Positions 87,751-100,632 of a DNA stretch of 124,000 nt are shown piece after piece (within the stretch, counting starts at the first letter, position 1; every line of letters starts with the position of its first letter). The translations under genes and the position numbers were made by a program. The stretch is from Wallemia ichthyophaga EXF-994. Taxonomy: Eukaryota; Fungi; Basidiomycota. A model generated the notes under the pieces. It ran no database searches and was not told where the DNA came from. It worked only from the letters and a program-made list of their open reading frames with translations. Where the stretch lies: the NCBI RefSeq assembly GCF_000400465.1, contig NW_008806283.1, positions 144,001-268,000 of the forward strand, in the 5' to 3' direction.

Positions 87751-89906
87751 TCAAATCTCTGTCGTAATCCATTCTGGTACTGAAATTTTGTTAACCCCTT
87801 GTATTATCACAACCGATGAACTCACAGTGACGCCAAACAATTTTACACTAGTGGATGACCAATTGGGGAGGGCATTGATGTAGATATCAGACCAAATTGT
87901 GATCAAACGCCACACCAGCAGCGCTTCTGTCCAGTGGAAGCTATCTAGCAATTTAGACTGATTGCCAAGTTGTTTGGATATGTCGACATTGCGCAACTCT
88001 GAGAGAATTGTCGACCTCACTGATTCTTTACGAATGATAGGGAGTAGCTGTTCAAGTCAGATTTGAATAGAAGTGAGAGAAGCAAAACACCCACCTCCGT
88101 AGAAGCTAAGAGAATGGAGTCTAGCGGCAATTTCACTACCCAGCTCCTCACCCACTCCTCTGTCGGCTCAAATTGAGTATCGTTAATCTTGATAGTGTGA
88201 AAGTCGCAGATCATTTTCGGAACATCTCCTCCAAAACTAACTTTATTCTCTTGCAATCTACTCGAATCAATGGATGTAGAGACACGTTCCGCTTGTTTGC
88301 CTTTCGCTTTCTCAGACATCTCATTTTCGTTTGGTATTGATTGTGGCGGGTATGTAACCTGTGATGGTGAGGATGTCGTAGGATTTTCGTGATCAAGACT
88401 ATTTCCCCTACTACCTTGTACTACCTTGAGACCTTTCTGCAGAGTTAAATTTGCTAGTGACTGGAATGAGTCGTTGTTAAGCAATAAAGCATAGATGAGT
88501 GAAGGGTTTGCATTGAGTTGACGGTGGATAACGCCATTGAATGCTTCAAGGATATAGAAGAGATAGCGCGGATTGCCCTTGTTTGCGAACAGAAACTGGG
88601 GCGTAGCTAGCGCTCTATAAATGGATACAAGTCTGACTGCCGACAATTGCGAGAGATGCTTGAGGTACCCGCCCAAATTAGCCAATGCGGCCAAAAGACT
88701 GTCATAAGAGGCAGGATGTATGGAGCTAGTGACTAGATTGTATATAGTACTAACCAAATAATCAGAAAGCCCATGATTGCCATCTTGGAGGGATATTGGG
88801 TTGTCGAGCGATGATCCGAAATTGTGATCGAAACTGAGTGAATGAAGGAGTGAGGCCAGAAGCCTGAGTAAGTTCTGATTATGTGACTGTGTGTTCAAAG
88901 CCGTAATCAACCTGGTTGATATAGATAAGTAGTGATTTGAATGTGAGAGATATAGTTTGAATTTCGGATTAAGATCGATGAGACGCCATAAGAAGAGCCA
89001 AAGCTGAAGAACATTTGGGTTTTGTATGTAGTGAGATTTGGATATAGCTTTGAGAGAATAATTGGGAGCGGAAGACTCATCTATAATAGACAAGGAGCGT
89101 GTTAGGATGAAATCAAAGTCAATCGATCTGTGCAGCTTAGATAGGGACTTGGAAAAGGTTGAGGATGAGTTGTAGATGAGTACAAGCAACAAGTCCATGG
89201 ATAAGAGTGAAAATTTTGATAGGATGGGAGTGAGTGGGAGATAATTGAGCTGTTTAGTGGATATCGAGGTATTGAGTAGAGAAGAAAGTAAAACCAAAAC
89301 AATTTTTCTGTCTAACGAATTGAGGTAGCCTATGAGTTGGTCATGAACGGGTAGAATGGACTGGGGAGTGGAATAAAGGGGTGGAGACAAGACGGCGAGT
89401 ATGGAAGAGAGAATGAGAGCTCTGTGAGAGTTGAGATTGTTGTCATTGGGGGTGTCAGATGAGAGGCCGACGCCCTTAACCCAGATCGAGAGGGTGTAAG
89501 TGTTGTTGAGGCGGAAGAGAGACTTGATGGAGGAGGTGAGGAGGGAGTTGTAGTCTATAGCATTAGACATTGCAGGTAAGTAGCCTAAATCGTAGTAGAC
89601 GGGGAAGAGCTTGGAGAAGATTCTATGGATATTCAAAGCGTGGTTCGTAGTGGTACCATCCAATTGAGACACCAAATAACGTATCAAAGTGAAAATATTT
89701 TCAGATAAAGACAAGCGAATATCATTAACGGTTAATAAGCTATTAAGATCATCATCATTTTCAATCAAATCAATGAATTTAAACCAGTAATCGACGTCGT
89801 CTGGGTGTACCAATATCGATTTAATTCTGTTTATCCCATTGGCAGATAGTCTGAAATCAATTTTGGAGTTTGATTTTTTGAATTTATTGGAAAGGAATTC
89901 CATCAT
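87751..89906 (-). CDS. HID1/Ecm30 family Golgi protein
   Basis: LIYALL...FQSLANL, FEPTEEWVRSWVVKLPLD, W...IW..IY...W..T.VKLF C-terminus; one intron. Confidence 0.85.
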
Positions 89907-89919
89907 GCCTAAGTGATGA

Positions 89920-90200
<281 letters not shown>

Positions 90201-90250
90201 TTTCTTACAGGTATTTCAAGTTAATTTGTGGCGATGAATAGGAAGTGAAA

Positions 90251-91145
90251 TTAGCTTGCAGCATACAGCGCAGGCCCTGGCTGCTGATAATCTGTTATCT
90301 GTGAATTATTCATTAGCTTTATACGTTCCACTCTATTTATTACCTACGCCTTGCTGTGAATCATACATATTTGGCAAATATATTCCTGGATCCTGTTCAT
90401 TGTATCCACCTGGGAATTTTACTGTATCGCTTGGATACGCGTCTCCGCCTCCTTGCACCTGCACATTGATGCATGATGGATAAAATTCGCATCCTCCAAC
90501 CATATTCGCTTCGTGTAGCGCTATTATTTCGTGTCTGATCATGTAGTTGCCTGATGCTATATCCCATGGTACTGTTGCCTTGACTGTATTGAAATTCTTT
90601 AGTGTCGCCTGCTCCCACATACCATCTGGTCTCTTATCATCCTCTGAGATTTTGAAAAAGTCGATTGTTGTAGGATCAACATTCTTACAATCGCCGTTGC
90701 AGTTGCCCATGTATGTTATAATTGGTCCAGTACTATGTGGCCATGGAATACCATCCTCACCGCCATTCCAAATGAACTCTACGTCAGTACCAGCAGCAAC
90801 TGGGGCACTGTATTCTGAGGGGACTGAATCTCGACCACACTTGGACCTGTGTTAGTGGATCCCATCATTTTCATATATAAAGTTCCAACTCACAGACAAA
90901 TTAGGTGAGTAAATGTCTTTAATTGGCTTCGTGTTGGTTACTTGACGGATTGGGCCTTTAGATTTGATCTCCGAGTCGTCGCCGTAGTTTGGATAAGGTC
91001 CTGTATGTGTTTGGTCGTTGAGTATTACCTCTGCGGGGAATTTGAGTAGGTGTCTCAGAGAGAGCAATATAAACGCACGCTTTACGATGCCATGTGCAGC
91101 GACCAGGCTGAGCAAAGAGGATACTGTGAGTGCTTTCATGATCAT
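90251..91145 (-). CDS. Lytic polysaccharide monooxygenase, AA9
   Basis: Signal peptide then His1 (AAHGIV), WPHSTGPIITYM, YMIRHEIIALH, CEFYPSC; three introns. Confidence 0.92.
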
Positions 91146-91357
91146 AGTGCTGCTTAAGGAAATATGTTTTATCAAATTGAGATATTTATCCACTGGTATG
91201 AATAAGTCTAAATTCGTCGACGATCGAAAATTCCGGGTGAGGACAGTGGAGTGGCTGGCTGGCTGGCTGGTGGCGTGTGGATTTTATTTAGTGTTTTCGT
91301 TGATATAGACACGTATACACGCAGTGCTGTTCCTCCCATCTCTTCTCTTCCACCTTC

Positions 91358-93091
91358 ATGTCTTCTGCGGTTGAAAACAAGAAGAAGTCGCAGCTCAGCA
91401 AGAATCAGCTAAAGAGATTAAAGAAGAAGAGTAAAAGCGGGGAGGAACCGGTTGCACACGATGCGGTGGCAGAACCAGCGGCAGAATCAGCAGAATCAGC
91501 AGAACAGCCACACCCACAAGACGCACAAGAGGAATCCATAGACACTGAAAATATCCCAGAGGAATACAAGCAGATCTTCCTTAAATTCCAGCCTCAAGAA
91601 GATACACAGCCTGTAAGAACTCACGCAACCACATGATAAACAACACTCACCAACACAACACAGGAAGAAGCAGCAAAGAATGAATGGCTTTACAGCGATG
91701 ATGACGATGACGAGGATTTAAAAAAGGAAGAAGAGCACCTCTCCAAGAAGAAGCAGCGCAGAATAAACCGTTTATCCGTCGCAGAGCTCAAGTCGCTAGT
91801 ATCCAAACCTGAGATTGTAGAAGCGGTAGACACGACATCGCGTGATCCACGTCTACTGATCCACCTCAAATCCTACAAAAACACAATCCCCGTGCCCTCC
91901 CACTGGGCCCAGAAGCGTGGTTTCCTCGAAGGCAAGAAGGGCATAGAGAAGCCCGCGTTTCAGCTGCCCTCATATATTGCAGATACTGGCATAGGCGTAC
92001 AGCAGGACGCAGTGAAGGAGCGTGAGGCTGAGATGTCCCTCAAGCAGAAGACACGCCAACGTGTCCAGCCTCGCATGGGCAAGATGGACATCGATTACCA
92101 GAAGCTCCACGAAGCTTTCTTTAAGTTCCAAACCAAGCCGCCTATGTCTGACTACGGCGAGACGTATTATGAAGGCAAAGAGTTCGAAACTTATGTCAAG
92201 GAGAGAAAACCCGGTGAAATAAGCACAGAGCTCAAGGAGGCACTCAGTATACCACCTCTCGCTCCCCCACCATGGCTCATCGCTATGCAGAGATATGGTC
92301 CACCACCTAGCTATCCCAACCTCAAAATCCCGGGTCTCAACTATCCTATCCCTGAAGGTGCTCAATGGGGCTTCCATCCTGGTGGTTGGGGCAAACCACC
92401 GACTGACGAGTATAATCGCCCTCTCTACGGTGATGTCTTTGGTGTTATTCCAAAATTCAACCCTGATTCGGTTGACAATATTGACAAGAGTCTTTGGGGG
92501 GAGATATTATCTGAAGAGGAGCAGTCGTCTTCTGATGAAGAGAGTGATGAAGATGAGGATGAGGAAGATGAGGAGCAGGAGCAAGATCAGATACAGCCAG
92601 ACGAAGATGGTGAGGAGATGGATGGTATGGAGACACCATCTGGTATGGCATCGGTTGCTACTACTGCGCCAGGCGCTGGATTGGAGACGCCCGCTTTCAC
92701 AGATTTAAGGAAGGGTGCAAGAGGTGATGACACGCCTAGAGAACTTTATCAAGTTCTTCCAGAGAGGCAGGCTGCAGTGGATGGATTGATGGGATCAGAG
92801 AGGGTGTATGACATGCCAACGCTCGGCAAGGAAAGCTCAAAGAAGCGCAAATCGGGCGATGTCCAACTAGCCATTGATCCTGAAGAGCTGGCAAAAATGT
92901 CGGATGAGCAGATAAAACAGGCTTACGAGGAGCAGAGTCGGAGTAGTGGGAATAGAGTGCATGTCCCAGGTGCTGATAGGGCTGAGGACTTTACAGATAT
93001 ACTTCAAGAAGGACATGGCAAGCGACAGAAGAAAGATGAGAGGAGAAGAGCTGATAAAGAGGATAATAGGAAGGATAAATTCAAGTTTTAG
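91358..93091 (+). CDS. SF3B2: Splicing factor SF3B subunit 2 (Cus1/SAP145)
   Basis: PSHWAQKRGFL, IDYQKLHEAFF, PPWLIAMQRYGPPPSYP, WGKPP..EYNRPLYGDVFG, KFKF end. Confidence 0.95.
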
Positions 93092-93252
93092 AGAGCTACT
93101 TGCAGTTGTAATGTATACATATTAGTATTTTGATGAGAAGTAAGATTTTCATAGAAGGCTTGGATGGGGAGGCACATAACACACTCATCAAATAGCCGGA
93201 CCAAGTTGTTTGTATATCGTGCATATGAGTAAAACAAAGAAGGAGACTTAAA

Positions 93253-93870
93253 TTAAACGACAGTACCAGCGTTAGAAGCGATACGTGGCCATAAGTCAGC
93301 GCATTCCTTTGCGACGGCTGGTAAAAGGATTGTGAGATAGATATAAGTAAATTAGGATAAAACCCACGACCAGTGATAGCTGAACCCTTCATTTCACCCT
93401 TTGGGTTGGTGATGACACCGGCGTTGTCCTCAAAGTAGAGGAAAACACCATCACGTCTTCTCCAAGGCTTACGTTGGCGGACGACGACGGCAGGCATGAC
93501 CTTCTTACGCAATTCAGGCTTACCCTTCTTGACGGTAGCCATGATCATGTCACCGGCACTGGCGGCAGGGAGACGGTTAAGACGAGCACCGCTGTGGAAG
93601 ACGGCGACGACGTAAAGGTTCTTTGCACCAGAGTTGTCAGCGCAGTTGAGAACAGCGCCAGTTGGAAGACCGACTGGAGGGAATCAGCGGGAAAAAGGGG
93701 AAAAAGGGGATATTTACGGGTCATACGGAACTTGTTACCTGGAAGAAGAGTGAGTAAAAAAGAAAGCTGTAAACGAGTTCACTGCGCACCTTGGTTTTGA
93801 ACCTGGGATTGAGCACCGTCAATTGAGCCATTCCAAGGCTAAAAAAAGGCTTCAACTAACCTTACTCATC
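93253..93870 (-). CDS. RPL23: 60S ribosomal protein uL14 (L23)
   Basis: [51 protein letters not shown]; 5' end approximate. Confidence 0.95.
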
Positions 93871-94368
93871 TCACTCTAAACGGCTATATTAGTTGTGCAC
93901 TACTCGCAGGTATTTTCACCCACTAAAGAATTTGGCCTTCAGCTAGCGAAGTCGAAGAAGGATTTACGACTTTTACCAGAATAAAATTTGTGTTTATATT
94001 GTGTGAGTTGAGGAGGGAGATAGCTGTGTAAATGAATGTATTCTGCTAATCTTTGGCTTGTTTTCTGCTGTCTGCGCTGCGTGTGTGTGTAGACCTGCGT
94101 ATGATGTTATCGACATTCTAGGAATCGTGAGCGGTGTTGTGTACCAAATAGCATGCTTGAATACTCCAGCTATTCTCAATACCCAGCTCACCCTTTTCTA
94201 CCTCATATCGCTCAAATTCCACTCAAATCTCTCTGAGCTGGCACAAACACCAGAAACGGCGAGATGGAGCGCATTTAGCGGGTTAAAGCGTGTTCGGAGT
94301 GATATTACAGCCACTACAGCTTCAAATCTCCCACTTTCCCTCCATCCCCTTCTCTGTCTAGCACGCCC

Positions 94369-94474
94369 ATGAACAACTCAGCGACACAAACTGAGAATCC
94401 CGTTGTATGGCGCACGCCGCAGTACTACAACGTGAAGAAGAAGCAGCCAAAGTACGGCGAGCAACAGCAACAGC

Positions 94475-94529
<55 letters not shown>

Positions 94530-97288
94530 GCAGCAGACACAGCACTCCAATCTTCCCCCACAGCAACTCATACCAAGAGCATCGCAGCCACAGCAACAGA
94601 CTGAGCCCAGCGATCTAAGCCTGGCAAATATACTCCACTACTTGCAATCAGAATGGAGGAGGTGCGTGTGGTCTATCGAGCGTATGTGTAACGTCTCACT
94701 CCCAGCAGATATGAGAGAGATCGCAATGAATGGGAAATAGAAAGGGCAGAAATGAGAGCGAGACTGGCTCTGCTTGAAGGCGAGAAGAGAGCTACTGACA
94801 ACGTCAAATCTGACCTTTTGCGACGCGTCAAAATGCTCGAATACGCTTTGAGGCAGGAGAGAGCTAAGTTTATTGCTCTCTCGAATCCACGCTCCACTTC
94901 TCCGAAATCAGCCAACTCTGGGGAATCGAACGATGACAAGAACGCAAGTGGAGGTGGAAATACAAACACAAACACAACTTCAAATACAAACGCATCAGCT
95001 ATCCATCCAACTAAAAAGGCCACTTTAAAGTTTGATGGCGATGACAGTCAGAAATCTGATGACAGCCCTACTCTCTCCTCTTCAAATACTCTGCTTAACC
95101 ACTCTCACAACAATTCTTCGCTCCCTCAGTGGCTTAAATCATCCAATCACGCTAAAGACACTAAAACTCGCTCGAAAAGTCGACAGTATTTGCAGCAGTG
95201 TCTTGAAGAAATCACTTACCTCACTGATCCATCGACTCTCAATCCACTTACGGGTAGACCATACAAGGACGTAGACGGATTGGAAATCGAGAAGTTACCA
95301 CATTCTGTGCCAATGGAGTCAACGTCACCAAATTCCTCCGAAAAAATCAATCAGCAGTTATCAAACAGCTTATCCAACTCAGTTACAATCGATGAGAGTA
95401 GCGGTGGTCCAATAGTATCACACCCAATTGTCGAAAACGAGGAGAGTGTACGAGCTCAACTTGCAACTCCATCCGGACCATCATCTCCTCCAGTCATCGC
95501 TAGCAACATATTCGATCAGAAGGCGCAAGAGATGCACAAGACGCAGACTGAGCCCGAAGAGCATGATGACGATGAAGATGATCAGGATGACCAAACTGTC
95601 ATTGACCAAGATAACGACGCTAATGATAAAGAGGAAGAACAAAACGGTGATGATAATCCTGAGGCTGAGGCTACTTTCACTCCAGTCACACACTCTAATG
95701 ACCAAAAGGATACCACAAAAACGAATGAAACCATTGATGAGGATGCCAAGGTTTCCAAAGAGCAATTGGAAGACGAAAACCTGGTTAAACCTGAGGATCC
95801 AATGAATGCTGATGCTCCAAGTGAAGCTAAAGCTGAAGCTGCGGCTGAGAAATCTGAGCATTCTGCGCAATCTACCCAGCCTCAGACGGAAGGAGCAGTT
95901 GAACCAGCAAACCACCCTGAAGATGTAAGTAAATGAAAAGCAAATGCTTTACAGCACCTCCTTCTCATTAAATAATCTTTACCTATTCTACATTCTACAT
96001 ATACTTGACATGCATTGTCGCTTTTTTTTCATTCGAGACACAGACTGACACGATTTAAATGCAGTTACAGTTGAAAGTAGCTCCATTGATCGACGTACAA
96101 AATGGTGAGTGGAATGAAATGAAGATTGTGCGTTACTGAGTTTCTCTGCCAGTAGAAGATGAAGTAGATAGCGAGAGCATGCGCTCGAACAGCTCAATCA
96201 AGTCAACAGGATTATGGAAGTGGTGGAAGACGCTGCGAAGGTGGGTTAAAGGAGGAGGGGAGGTAGATAAAAGCGAGAGCTATCAAAACTAACACACAAC
96301 CAGCCACACTGATCCTATCCGCGCTGTGGTGTTCATCAAGCTGAATGCGGACGAGACGATGATGATAACAGGGGGAGATGACACGGTTTTGAGGTATTGG
96401 AGAGTACCACCTTCCACTGACAAGAGTGTGCTACTCCCCAGTGTCAATCTGCGCGCTCACACCGCACCAATAACTTCAATAGCCGCTTCTAAGACGAAGA
96501 AGGTAGTTTATACAGCCAGCATTGATAGCACGATACGCGAATGGAAACTGACGGAGCGGGATGGAGATGTTATCGATCTCCATTCGCTCTCGGGGAGGAT
96601 CTTCGAGGGTCATACAAACGCTGTTTGGGGAGTCGTGTGTACACAATCAGGCAAGCTCATCAGCGTCAGCAGCGACTCGACGATGAAGATCTGGAATGAG
96701 GAGACAGGTGCGCTGGAAAACACTATCAACCTCGACACGCCGTGTTCGACGATCGATTTATACGAAGAGAGTGAGAGTGGGAGTGAGAAGGAAACTATCA
96801 AGGTGGCAGTTGGATTGACTGACCAGAGAGCCATCGTGATGGATCTCACCAATCTCAGCACGCCGTTTTTAGAGCTAGTAGTGGACGATGCAGACACAGA
96901 AGCGAATGCTCAATTCAACAATGTCGTACTGGACGACGATAGGCTGTTTAGTGCGCACGAGGATGGCAGGATCAGATTGTGGCTGCTGTCCACTGGACAG
97001 CGTATCGAGACGCTGATGGCACATCTAGACAGCTGCACTGCAATTAAGTTGCAACCCTACTCAAACGTACTCGCCAGCGCTAGCCATGACTGCTCAGTTA
97101 GGTTCTGGTCGACAGAGAAATTCAGCCAAATTGATGGCCCTGGAGTTGCGCATGACGCTTGCGTACAAGAATGTGGTGGACATAGGAAGCTGTTCGGCGA
97201 GGGTGTCAACGAAATAGCGGTAAATAATGACGGCACGCTGCTTGCTAGTGCAGGTGCAGATGGGGTAATCAAGCTGTATTACAAGTAG
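94369..97288 (+). CDS. Striatin (STRIPAK scaffold, Far8/Pro11 family)
   Basis: [39 protein letters not shown] coiled coil; C-terminal WD40 repeats; N-terminal polyQ. Confidence 0.93.
94462..94536 (+). repeat. (CAA/CAG) trinucleotide repeat encoding ~25 Gln
   Basis: Read directly from sequence. Confidence 0.97.
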
Positions 97289-97334
97289 GAGTATGTACCA
97301 CGCAATTCAAATGCATCATTCATACAAGGTCCAA

Positions 97335-98029
97335 TTAGACGTCAGCGTGAGCTGGGAACTCAAAGACGACATCCTTGCCAGCGAGACGCTTGTAGATGGA
97401 TTCGAAGGAGGTGAGCTTGTGCTCGAGGATGTGTGAGTCCTTAGGGTCAAGGAAACTGATTACATAGTTAGCACGCGAGCTCTGCAGGAGAATATCAGGG
97501 TATTCTCGAGCGCGCTCCAGCGATTAAACGAAAACACGGTCGAAAAATCCAAAGAGGGGACTCACCACTTGATCAACTTGCTGCCGTCAGTGGATTGACG
97601 GAGACGCTTACCGACAATCTCAGAAGGGAAGACAATGTCCTCGAGGATGGCTGCGTGGACAGCGGTGAGAGTACGAGAACGAGGTCTTTGTTGAGGTTGC
97701 TTTTGGTTGCGAGTTGGCTTAGGGAGGATACGGCGTTGGGCAACGAAGACGACGTGACGGTCAGAGAACTTCTTCTCGAGCTCACGGGTCAAGCGCTGTT
97801 GAACCTTGTGGAAAGCCTTGACTTGAGGAACAGGAACAAAGACAACAATAGCCTTCTTACCGCCCTTTACATCAACCTCACGAGCAGAGGAGATGGTGAG
97901 TGGTGCGAGCTCGGCCTTGAGGTCTGGGACGTTGTTGCCGAGGTCGATTAAAGCTTGACCAACTGATAATTCAATTTCGTCTGGTTGGACGCGTGCTGCG
98001 TTAGCGGAGCGTTGAATCTTAGAGGCCAT
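97335..98029 (-). CDS. RPS7: 40S ribosomal protein eS7
   Basis: [36 protein letters not shown]; introns near the 3' end. Confidence 0.96.
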
Positions 98030-98463
98030 GGCTTTATTGGTGTCCCGGTGGTTTTCACTGAAGAGGCGAAGACGCTGATTGGAAAAAATTAAGTGCCAAT
98101 TTTCATTTTATTTTTGACGACCATTGGATATCTATAGACGGTCTTTGTGGGTTTCTGTAGGTCTTTGGTTGTGGCTCTTTGTCCATCTAACCGCCACCTA
98201 ACTCCACCCACTTGAGTTGTTTCAAAAATTTGTCTGGGGAAGCGAGTGAGGAGCGGAGATACCTAGGTAGCAGCTACATGCACCAGAACATCCTAAACCT
98301 TCTTGATTCCCATCAAATTCCTTCAAAAGTGAAGATTTTCCGGGATGCTTCTCGAAGGCGAGGTAGACGTGATTGAGAGGCTGGAATCACAGCATACAGG
98401 GAATACATAAACATTTAACATTTACAAAGAAATTTGAATATTTTTATATTTTATAACACACTT

Positions 98464-98473
98464 GTGACGTGTC
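98464..98473 (+). promoter_or_regulatory. Candidate UPR element (TGACGTGT) upstream of KAR2
   Basis: gTGACGTGTc ~55 nt upstream of the KAR2 ATG; an nTTCnnGAA heat-shock-like element lies near 98350. Confidence 0.5.
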
Positions 98474-98526
98474 AGTGTGTACTACGTAGCGCGATACGCT
98501 GGCAAACATCTTAAACTCATACCACA

Positions 98527-100540
98527 ATGAACATCAATTTCAGGCATACGCTCAGCCTTCTCCTAGTGGGAATCCTGGCAATCCTTGGATGCCTATCTAG
98601 CGTACAAGCACAAGAGAATGATTATGGTTAGTGTCTTGCTGGTATTTTGTATCATCCAGCTCACACGGCTCATAGGAACTGTTATCGGTATTGATCTTGG
98701 TACCACTTACTCTGCTGTCGGTGTTCTCCGTGGTGGCCGCGTCGATATCATCGCTAATGAACAAGGAAACCGTATTACTCCATCGTGGGTCGCTTTCACA
98801 GACGAAGGAAGACTCGTCGGTGAATCTGCAAAGAACCAGTACTCTCAAAACCCTACAAACACTGTTTTCGACGCTAAGCGCTTCATCGGTCGCAAAATGG
98901 ATGACCCAGACATGAAACGCGACGTAAAGCACCTTCCTTTTTCAATCAAATCAAAGCAAAACAAGCCTTCGATTGAGGTTGAATGGAAGGGCGATGATAA
99001 GTCTTTCCAACCTGAAGAAATTTCAGCTATGGTTCTCGGTAAAATGAAGGAAACTGCTGAGCAATACCTCGGTACTTCTGTTACTCACGCTGTCGTTACT
99101 GTTCCTGCCTACTTTAACGACGCTCAACGTCAAGCTACAAAGGACGCTGGTACCATCTCTGGTCTCAATGTTCTCCGTATCATCAATGAGCCAACCGCCG
99201 CTGCAATCGCTTATGGTCTCGACAAGAAGGATGACAAAGAATCTCGCATTCTCGTCTTCGATTTGGGTGGTGGTACTTTCGATGTCTCATTGTTATCCAT
99301 CGATGATGGTGTCTTTGAAGTTTTGTCTACTGCTGGTGACACTCACCTTGGTGGTGAAGACTTTGACAACCGTGTTCAAGACTACCTTGTTAAGCAATAC
99401 AAGAACAAGACTGGCCAAGACCCTTCAAAGAACAAGCGCTCAATGGGTAAACTGAAGCGTGCAGTTGAACAAGCAAAGCGTCAACTCTCCTCACAAGCAT
99501 CTACAAAGGTTGAAATCGAAGCCTTTTTCCAAGGTGATGATATGGTAGAGACTCTCACTCGTGCCAAGTTTGAGGAAATCAACAACGACCTCTTCCGCAA
99601 GACTTTAAAGCCAGTTGAACAAGTTCTTAAGGACGCAAAGGTTAGCAAGACTGAAGTTGACGACATTGTACTCGTTGGTGGTTCAACCCGTATTCCAAAG
99701 GTTCAACAACTCCTCCAAGACTTCTTTGACGGTAAGCAACTCTCAAAGGGCATTAACCCAGATGAGGCTGTTGCATACGGTGCTGCTGTTCAAGGTGGTG
99801 TTCTCTCCGGTGAATCATCAGCTGACGATATCTTGTTGATTGATGTTTGCCCACTTACTCTCGGTATTGAGACAACTGGTGGTGTGATGACCAAGCTCAT
99901 TCCACGTAACACTCAGTTGCCAACCAAGAAATCACAAATTTTCTCAACTGCAGCAGACAACCAACCAACTGTGTTGATTCAAGTTTATGAAGGTGAAAGA
100001 TCGATGACCAAGGACAACAACTTGCTCGGTAAATTTGAACTCACTGGAATTCCACCAGCACCACGTGGATCACCACAAATTGAAGTAACATTCGAATTGG
100101 ATGCTAATGGTATTCTCAAGACAACTGCAGCAGATAAGGCATCTGGTCGTTCAGAGTCAATCCAAATCAAGAACGAGAAGGGTAGATTAACACCAGAAGA
100201 CATTGAAAGAATGATCCAAGAAGCAGAAGAATTCGCTGCTGATGATGAGGCACAAAAGTCAAAGGTAGAATTGCGCAACAACTTTGACGGATTCATTGGA
100301 ACCGTCAGAAGTCAACTCAACGACAGCGAAGGATACGGTGGAAAGTTGTCTAAGGAAGACAAGCAAGCATTACAATCAGAGTTGAAGGATGCTGAAGCAT
100401 GGATCCAAGAGCAAGGACAATACTCAGAACCACAAGAGATTGAAGACAAGCTTTCGGAGGTACAAGCATTTGTGTCTTCGATAACTTCAAAGTTGTATGA
100501 AGAAGGTGGACACAGCGACCATCACCACGATGAACTCTAA
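98527..100540 (+). CDS. KAR2: ER Hsp70 chaperone BiP
   Basis: Signal-peptide exon, [11 protein letters not shown], full Hsp70 motifs, C-terminal HDEL. Confidence 0.98.
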
Positions 100541-100632
100541 ATGTCTTAATATTTCATTTTCTCTTGCATGGATAAATTATATCTTTAGATGGGTTTGAGT
100601 GGGTTATTAAACCTTCTTAGTTGACAACAACC

